57,562 bases of DNA from Catajapyx aquilonaris (Eukaryota): NCBI GenBank assembly GCA_000934665.2, contig KZ538144.1, forward strand, positions 62,001 to 119,562. The letters run 5' to 3'. Every line of letters begins with the position of its first letter. Position 1 is the stretch's first letter. A model generated the notes under the pieces. That model saw only the letters and a program-made list of their open reading frames with translations, did not search any database and had not been told where the DNA came from. The position numbers and the translations under genes are program-made. This document shows, piece after piece, positions 49,012 to 57,562 of this stretch.

Positions 49012-50998
49012 CGTTCTTGTAAGTTTCTTCTAGATCTGGATGGTACACTCACTCAGGTAAACAGGTGTATGCAAAGGATATGCACAAGTATGAAAAGCAT
49101 GTATACAGGTCAGTGGTCACTACTAAGAAAGTCACAATGATAAAGGCAATAAGAGTACCATAATGTAAGTCTGAACAAATCTGAATGTACTTAAGAATGC
49201 AGTATGCAGGTGTATTCTTATGTATACATGCATGCCAGTGAGTACCCCATGAATTTCCATTTATGTGGATCTAACAGTGAAATTGCGTTTGAAACACTAG
49301 TCAATACACAGCAATGTTATCCAAGCGTTGACTTTTTTTCCGCATTAACATAGAAAACTTACAAGTTAGTGAGACTGAAAATGCATTGATATCCCATCGT
49401 AAGGCCCTGCCAGCACTTCGAGTTATAGAAATTCGAGTTAGGGAAGTTTATTTCCTATTATTTTACATTGTGACCAACCAAGCTCATAATTTTCTTCGAC
49501 TTATATAGAGAACTTCGACTTAGGGAAGTTCGAGTTATAGATGTTTTACTGTAGTTATCAGGAGAAAACATGCTGATTTTACTGCATGAACTGTGCGCAT
49601 AAGAAAACAATTTGGTGAATACTCTATGGAGTTGTTTACAAATGTGGTGTTTTAATAAATTATTTCGCACTCTCTTTGCAGTTTCTATGACCCAGTCGAT
49701 TTGGATGAGCTGCTATCATTGGGTGCTGCTTATTCACAAGACACAGTTCCTTTCCTTGTAGTTCAATGTTCGTCATCCACTACATGTATGTCACAACTCG
49801 TCATAAAAAGAGAGTAGCCAAGACTGTATGTGAAGTATTGATTTACAAGTTTGCACTGGCATTGTACCTTCTAGTCCTGACAAGTCCATATATGTCCAGT
49901 TAACCAATAGGTACTTTGGCACATGGCCTTCATTGTACGTCCAGGTCTGACACAGTTAACCAGTACTGGATCACCAACAAACAGGAGGATTCAGTGTTGG
50001 CAATGGAAGGACCAGCTGGCATGAGATCACCTAGAGCGGCTGCCAGCGTACAAGTATTATATCTTACGAATATCGTATATTTTGGTGGGAATAACCATTG
50101 TGAATTATGAATCAATGCACAATTGACACAAAGGTGGTTCATATTCAAGTGGCACGTATTAACTTATTTAATTCGAGGGGCAGCGCAGTGTTGTAAGTGG
50201 TTTCATCCTAGCGTCCACCTGTGAGACCCCAAGTTTGATCCCAAAGTTGAGCAGATCTTGATATGCGAAAATTACTTTGAAAAGTTATCTCCATGTTCTT
50301 TTGTGTTTTTCTCTCTCCTCCAATTCTCGGAGACCATCAGCATGGAAGTGTGAATTAATAGTCCGGATTTTTTTTTTGTTCGTTCAAGGTCACACAAGCT
50401 ACTGGGAGATTTGAATGGGTGTGTAAACCTATTTGATGAAATTGAACTGGAATGACCCCTGGGAATGCAACTCCGCCACAATTTTTTCCACAGTACCAGT
50501 ACCAGTACCAGACGAGACAATTTCGCCCCCCAAATATCCCGCCCAACATCCATTTACAAGGAATTGCGTTACAAAGTATGCCATCCGCATACATCGTGGC
50601 ACATATTCTCATCCTCTGCTTATGGATGAAGCTATCAATTTCAAGTGGAATGCTGAATATGTGAAACTCGAGGAAGCTGTTAATTAGGATATGGGAAAAG
50701 TTGTTGAAATACTCGAAGAAATTAAAAATGGAAATATATCATTCATGCCTTTCATGGTGTATGCTAGGTTGAAATAATTAACACTGCTGTTTTTTAACTG
50801 ATCATGCCACATTTTCAAGATCGTGTAAATCCTGGCAGGGAAATCTTACATTATCACTGTGGACACCCCACATGCTGGCTAAGTGTCTTACAATCTGGCA
50901 ACATTGCCGTCCAATCTGGTAACACTGAAATCAAACTATCAAAGATGGACTCTTTTTTTCCCCCACACGTGTTCATCAGTTTTGAACACGAACGAGCC

Positions 50999-51151
50999 AT
51001 GAATTCGACCGGATTGGTTTCAATTCGCGGTCGAATTATTGTCCAGAGATGGGCATCGAACTGGAGGATGTCCCGGATATTCAGGCCAACCAGTGTGGCA
51101 CCAAAGGACGTTGAGACGAAGACAGACTATGTGGCTTCCAAGAGTCAGAGG
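50999..51151 (+). CDS. PARS2: Mitochondrial prolyl-tRNA synthetase exon 1 (Arg-rich targeting peptide)
   Basis: MNSTGLVSIRGRIIVQRW..RMSRIFRP..SKSQR; donor agg|gttttg, phase 0. Confidence 0.8.
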
Positions 51152-51218
51152 GTTTTGTGTGTACACCAGTTTGGGTGGCCTTTTAAAATGACTTTTGTAT
51201 GTTTTTGTTGTTCAACAG

Positions 51219-51470
51219 CTGATGATGGACTTGGGTGTTATCAAGTCTGAAGGATCTGGATTATTTGCGTTCCTACCGCTTGGTATGCGTGCGCTGGACA
51301 AACTGAACTGGTTGCTGGACGTCGAGATGGAGCGGATCGGTGGCCAGAAGGCGATGCTGCCGACTCTGACTCCGGCCGGTTTGTGGAAAAGAACCGGCCG
51401 ATACAACACTGCTCGACCGGAGCTGTTCACTGTAACGGACCAGCACAACCAAGAGTACCTGCTCAGTCCG
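51219..51470 (+). CDS. PARS2: Mitochondrial prolyl-tRNA synthetase exon 2 (rest of gene beyond window)
   Basis: LMMDLGVI..GLFAFLPLGMRALDKL..EMERIGGQK..LPTL....LWKRTGRY....ELF..TD....YLLSP is the bacterial-type ProRS motif-1 region. Confidence 0.9.
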
Positions 51471-51515
51471 GTAATCATTCCCATACTACCATGGCAACTG
51501 GCATGGCAACATGTA

Positions 51516-52000
51516 TATTTATTTATTTATCTACCCCGTGATAGGGCGTTGCCCCCGTGGGGGGACACAACGCTCGGAGAACAACGAAAAACATGGTACT
51601 AAACAATGTGTGGTAACAGTAAACATACAGTACATACATTATGAACAACAAGGACAGTAATAAAGGAGCGATCCAGATATGATTAATCACAGAGCTCAAT
51701 CCTTTTTAGTACAGACTCTAAGAAATTGTTTAAATTGTAAGTCAACTCCTTAGGTAAGTTGTTAAACAAAAGGTGAAAACGATCCCGGGGGAATTTTGGA
51801 AAGTTGAAAAGGAACGAAAGATGGGGAGTACGGAAGAAGGGACAGACAAATAATATATGGTGTGGCGTGAAGGGTTCGTTTACATTACACCAAGTGCAAT
51901 CTGACACATTATCAAAGTAGATTCTGCGTCCAAGGAGAGAAACACTGGGAGAATTGTGGTGGAGGTTAATCAGTAAACGAGTAATTTTAATCGGCCTAAG
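51516..52000 (-). mobile_element. 3' end of a LINE (non-LTR retrotransposon)
   Basis: CTWC..E..TPHHILFVCP (C-x2-C..H..C motif typical of LINE ORF2 C-termini), then a hairpin, ATCACGGGGTA and an (AAAT)n tail. Confidence 0.7.
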
Positions 52001-52310
52001 AAATGCGAAATAAGTTGTTGCTCGTGTTTACATGAGTCACAACGATAGTGTGCGAGCTGGATTGGTGAAAAGCCACTCCGCCGGCGACAAGGCTCCAACT
52101 CATGGTGCGGGACGCTTTTCCTGCTTTTTTATTCTTTACTCAAAAATCAAAGTAATTTAAGCAATAATTATTGAACGGAATTTTGGAATGTTGGCTTAAA
52201 GTGAAGTTACTTAGCAGGAAAAATGCCGTGCCATCCAGCCCCTCGAGGGACATATAGCACGCTAACTACACAAGTACAACATGCAAAATCGCAAACAAGT
52301 TTCAATAATT

Positions 52311-52681
52311 GAAGGGGTCGGTGCAATACTGCCCTAACCCACCAAATGACACAAATTGAGTTTTGCGCACTTCCATATACTACACTCAAATATCTAATAA
52401 AGTACACTGAGATTGTCCAGTTTCTGCCATTTGTCGGTGAGAAATCAAACAATGTTTTTATTGCTCCAAGGTTATGAATGCCTTTTCTGCAGCAAAACCG
52501 CCCTAACCCTCCGTCTTCAAATATTGCAGCGCGCAGGATGCAGCTGCGAGCAGCTGTGTCTCACGAGTTGGGCTTAAATAGTGAGCTTTTGCCTGATGAC
52601 ACCGATGTGGATGAGAGTACCTAAGATTCAGAGTTCGATCCTGATAATGATGATGTGCAAAGTAGTAGTCCATTGCAGCAA

Positions 52682-52747
<66 letters not shown>

Positions 52748-53966
52748 CGTAGTTGGGTCATTCCATGTCAAGACAGACAACTTGGTGGCTCGACCATCTC
52801 ATAATTTGATATAAAAATCATTGAAGTGTTGCCAAAAATAAAGTTAAGAGCCTCCCAGGTGAAAATCCCACGGAGATATGCCAACGTCTTTCAGCAACAA
52901 TGGAGCCGGATTCAGGTGAAGTTATTGTTGTACCCTCATGTTCATATTATATCAAATGAACTGACGTAAGATGAGGAACATTTTGGTGGCAACGGGTTAG
53001 CCTAGATTGTAAAATTAAAATGCTAAAAAAAATCGCATTATTGTGCAAAACGGACACATTTCATATGGTCCAATGTCATTGTTAAATACATGCTAAGCGT
53101 GTGGAATTAATATGGTAGGTACATTGTCATCTGATCATCAGTAGTCATTACTACTGCAGGACAACATCAAGGTCAAGCAGACTTGGAGATAATAAATCTG
53201 AAATGTCGGAAAAAGCCCTCTATAGGCTACTCCACGTTATTTGATGTTGCGAGTGAACCATTCATGGTAAGTGAACAGTTCTTATACCGCTATGTTATGC
53301 ATGAAAAGACGTTTCTGCGATAACTTAAAAATTGACCCAGCCGAGCCCCACACTGAGAAAAATGACCCCAAAGATGACCAAATTAGTGGAAAACAGACAT
53401 TTCAGAAGTTTTATTTCCAAGACTGCTTGACCTGTGATGTTGTCCTTCGACAGTATAGTAATGATCAGATGACAATGTATACCTACCATATTAATTCCAC
53501 ACCCTTAGCATGTGTTTAACCATGACATTGGACAATATGAAATGTGTCCGTTTTGCTCAATAATGCGATTTTTTTCAAACATTTTTATTTTACAATCTAG
53601 GTTAAACCAGTTGCCACCAAAATGTTCCTCATCTCATGACAGTTCATTTGATATCATTTATATGAACATTAAACTAACTTGTGATACGTTCTTGACCAAT
53701 TTAGTTCGCATTACAAGTTGGGTGCAATACTGCCCTAACCCTTTTTTCCACACGCGGCCACCTTATTTTGTTCATTCTTAGAGTGGGTGGTGCATCATCA
53801 TCATCATAATAGCACGTAAATGTTCCTTATTAGTGCCTTGTATATTGAGGTAGAAATGAAAATTGTCCCATGGAAAATGTGATTTATGGGTCATCTCAAA
53901 CTTTAAAATGCGTTTTTCTCGAAATCAGGTTTGGGAGGGTTAGGGCAGTATTGCACCGACCCCTTC
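52311..53966. mobile_element. Non-autonomous DNA transposon with AATT TSD (Sola1-like), containing a nested long-IR element
   Basis: AATT-gaaggggtcggtgcaatactgccctaaccc / gggttagggcagtattgcaccgaccccttc-AATT; inner IR ~52940-53145 / 53450-53669. Confidence 0.7.
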
Positions 53967-55039
53967 AATTAGATTTATGTCATAATGGATACAGTACTTG
54001 CCAAGAAAATACCTGAGTTTCCTGCGTCCCCTGTTACATCTATAGTTCATAGATATTAAAGGCTGGCCTTTAATATTCCATGACCTAGTTCAAAAGGCTG
54101 TAGCATGTTGTTCTTGCTGGTACCTTTGTATTGCCATTATGGGAGTACAATAATATAACGGAGGAAAGGGGACAGAGGTCACAAACAGCACTGATGTACT
54201 ACAAACCGGCATCGTAGTATATCACATGCCATAACAACACTAGATAATCATATCCGAGATACCAATAACACATAACCATATTTAGTACCACATCACTGTT
54301 TACCTTAAAACAATGCAATACAGTGGGGGATGCTACAAAGTACACAAAACATTTGTTCAGCTATTATGCCTCATTGTTGAGACATAAATTATGCAAAGGG
54401 CTGGTGGTACGTTACATTGGGGATTGGTATAAGGTTCCGATGTACTCCCACTGATAAATGGCCGGAACCTCTTCTGCCGATTGACTCTAAAAAGGCCCAA
54501 TAAATTACACTGCGAGATGAAAATGGCCTTATGCCCACACCGGCGAGGGTGACCTGACAGGTCTAATGGGCGAACAAGCGGTGATTCTAAGAGGTCATAT
54601 ACGCCGTGACCTCGGACCACTGAGCTATATTCATACCGGTACCTTGGACGGGCCAACAGGTGACCGTCCCTTCGTCCGACATCCGTCTGTGTGGGCATCA
54701 CGACCTCTTTTGGGCCCACAATAAGTGACGGAAGAGACGGACAGAGTAATTCTCGCTTGATTAACTCTTGATTCCAGACAATCCTGAAAGCGAAACGCTC
54801 CTGACTTTGCCTAATCTAACACAGATTTCATTCCTACGCACGTAAATTCTGCAGGTGGTGCTGAAAGAGAAACGGTTCTATAACCTGACCGTGAACCTGA
54901 CTCATCCTGCTCTAGCAAATTGAGAATCATGAGGATATTGAAATGTTGAAAAGTAAGCTAACCGACCTACACAGAGAAGACACAAGTCGCAAGCGAAACA
55001 TTATTTTCCACGAAGCGATATCCAGCATCATGCCTAAAA

Positions 55040-55585
55040 CAATCGCCAAACGCAGGTGTTGGCTTAAAAGTTAAAACGTACTGTATACCTGAACATACCT
55101 GAAAGAAAATACCTGAAAAAAGGGCAACTCTGACCTTTATGAACTGCAACCACTGCAGACATAATTACCAAAAAGACAGTAATGATCATAACACCCGTGG
55201 AAGCTTTCCACATATTGCATCATTACCAATAAGACCATGAGTGACATATTGAGCATAATACCCGTGGAAGCTTTCCACATATTTGCACCATTCGCCAAAC
55301 GCCAATCGCACCAATCGCACCAATCGCACAATCGCCAAACGCAGGTGTTGGCTTAAAAGTTGAATCATACTGTGTGTTACCTGAACGTACCTGAAAGAAA
55401 ATACCTGAAAAAAGGACGACTCTGACCTTTATGAAGGGCCCCTGCAGACATAATAATTACCAATAAGACCGTAATGATCATAATACCCCTGGAAGCTTTC
55501 CACATATTGCATCATTACCAATAAGACCATGAGTGACATATTGAGCATAATACCCGTGGAAGCTTTCCACATATTTGCACCATTC
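55040..55585. repeat. Tandem duplication (~290-bp period) with ~65-bp sub-repeats
   Basis: aatcgccaaacgcaggtgttggcttaaaagtt at ~55041 and ~55330; repeated gtggaagctttccacatatt. Confidence 0.75.
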
Positions 55586-55959
55586 ATTATAGGCGACTGG
55601 CAACTATTACATTCGCACTGCTCAAAAAAATCACCTTATTGTTGTTGCCCTCGCCAGTAAGGAAAAATAATTGAAATGTTGCACTCTCACACACCTTGTT
55701 TTGTGCTCAATTTTCTTCCCATTATTTGCTGTACTTGCCTAGAACTAGATCCCATTTTTCTGAAAGCACTCATATTATACAGTGCTGAATATTTGAAGCG
55801 TGATAGTGACAAACTATATCAAAACCTAGCATGAAAAATGAACAGCTTTGGCTTCAGCAGTCGTTGAGTACACAAAGCCTATATACTCATGAATCTACAA
55901 ATTATTATTGGATGCAACCTGGATTGGGTCAAAGTGAAATAACTATTTCGTTATTTCAC

Positions 55960-56218
55960 TTTGACCCAATCCAGGGTTGTTTTGAGTGATTCCAAAGTAT
56001 AGTGTAATCATTGGCGCGTAATTCCTGGACACGCATATCACAAATCATACACTTGTTATTTTGCTAGGAATATATTTAAGAACTTTGACCCAACCAGGGG
56101 TCGTTTTGAGTGATTCCAAAGTATAGTGTCATCAATGGCACGTAATTCCTGGATCATAAATCACACACTTATTTTGCCAGGAATATATTTAAGAACTTTG
56201 ACCCAACCAGGGGTCGTT
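55960..56218. repeat. Short direct tandem duplication (~120 bp)
   Basis: ttgacccaa..cagggg..ttttgagtgattccaaagtatagtgt repeated. Confidence 0.65.
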
Positions 56219-56726
56219 CAGTGGGGAAGGTCACAGAATCATTACTGGACCGTGACTCCAGCTCACTTGCCTAACTTGCCTGACATGCTCGTTGCTCCGA
56301 CCTTGTATCCAATCGGGGCCTTGTAATTTTCAAGTGAGAGTCCTGCATACTTTACCTACACTGACATTGGAGCGTGGCACCTGGTCACACACTCAAGAAG
56401 GCCTATTACAGTATTTTGTGAACCTATTTTCATTGGCTTGCAGATGATGAAATCAAACGTGAATACCAATGCATCTGTTGAATCACGTTACCTGCAAGCT
56501 ACAGCATAAGCAGTAAAAGCTAGACTCCTGGTCAAATGCTTTTCTGTCAAAATCACGCTTCAAATATAGGGCAGATCAGGCCTTATTTACAACAATAAAA
56601 TAAAAAAATAGAAACTTGAGCACAAAAACATTATTCTTACCACCCAATAATTATCAATATCTGCAAGTGATAGTAAAAAAAAAAAAAAATAATTTTTGAT
56701 AAAAACTATAGCTTTACCGGAAGATA

Positions 56727-57562
56727 CAGGGTGGACGGAAAGTTTCGGACCCCCCCAGGTTTTTAAATCCTACTTTTCACAGCGTCTTTTCGCATCTTTT
56801 AAAAGTCCACAAGCAGTTCTAATGTACACTATCTTTTGAAGCATAATCTCGAGAACATCTGAGCACCTTCGCTCTCGCAATTCCATTAATAACTTCGCCT
56901 CTGTGACTCATCTAAACATCCTAGCTGTTTTGCGTTTATTTTGCTTGTTGCCTTGGAGGACACATGGTCATATTCTGCGTCAGAAATTGTTTTTATGACC
57001 ATTTTCCATGAGTTCCCCTTCATGCAAATGTTGTGAACTCACTCCTGACCTTATTTTTCGCATTGGTCCATAACCTGGTCCAATAAAAATTTGAAAAGGA
57101 ATGCATGAAATGGCGGACCCGGATGCATTACTTTCGAATGGGTACCATCACATTTGTCTCCATTTTTACTTTAAAATAATTTTTTGGTGGGAAAGGACAG
57201 TAAACAGTCCTACCTTGGTAAATTAATCAACATCCTTTCGTTCACGTCCTTTCGCACCAAAAAATTATTTTAAAGTAAAAATGGAGACAAATGTGATGGC
57301 ACCAATGTGAGAATTCGAAAGTAATGCATCCGGGTCCGCCATTTCATGCATTCCTTTTCAAATTTTTATTGGACCAGGTTATGGACCAATACGAAAAATA
57401 AGGTCAGGAGTGAGTTCACAACATTTGCATGAAGGGGAACTCATGGAAAAGGGTCATAAAAACCATTTCTGACGCAGAATATGACCATGTGTCCTCCAAG
57501 GCAACAAGCAAAATAAACGCAAAACAGCTAGGATGTTTAGATGAGTCACAGAGGCGAAGTTA
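56727..57562. mobile_element. Long palindromic (foldback) element, truncated by window end
   Basis: Starts TA-cagggtg; 56890-57198 is a near-perfect reverse complement of 57246-57562. Confidence 0.85.

Noticed and set aside
55040..55585. CRISPR-like repeat array
   Set aside because: Eukaryotic context; the intervening sequences are themselves duplicated rather than unique spacers.
51471..57562. Further PARS2 exons (expected to begin THEE)
   Set aside because: No AG-preceded THEE-coding segment found by eye; the next exon probably lies beyond the window.

Overview
Intron-rich eukaryotic DNA, probably arthropod (inferred from a Tramtrack-type BTB domain, FLYWCH/MADF domains and TTAGG repeats). 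It holds three genes. (1) CUEDC2 on the minus strand (~1226-7865; last exon outside the window). (2) The first two coding exons of mitochondrial prolyl-tRNA synthetase PARS2 (+, 50999-51470). (3) Between them, an unusual plus-strand locus (~14260-42720). This locus has 11 alternative ATG-bearing cassettes, each encoding a different transposon-type DNA-binding domain: 2x CENP-B/Psq HTH, 1x MADF, 3x Myb/SANT-like, 2x BED finger, 1x CGGBP1-like Zn finger and 2x FLYWCH. Ten of the 11 have a phase-1 splice donor compatible with one shared set of five constant exons encoding a TTK-type BTB domain and an acidic/Ser-rich tail. This is the mirror image of mod(mdg4)/lola: variable N-terminal DNA-binding domains and a constant C-terminal BTB. 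The two BED fingers are split at the same K|G position and their half-exons are nested, so the halves could be swapped. Introns carry three tRNA-derived SINE families (sharing a 3' tail with a LINE), mariner/Tc1/Tigger remnants and many MITEs. All splice models are predicted from sequence alone.
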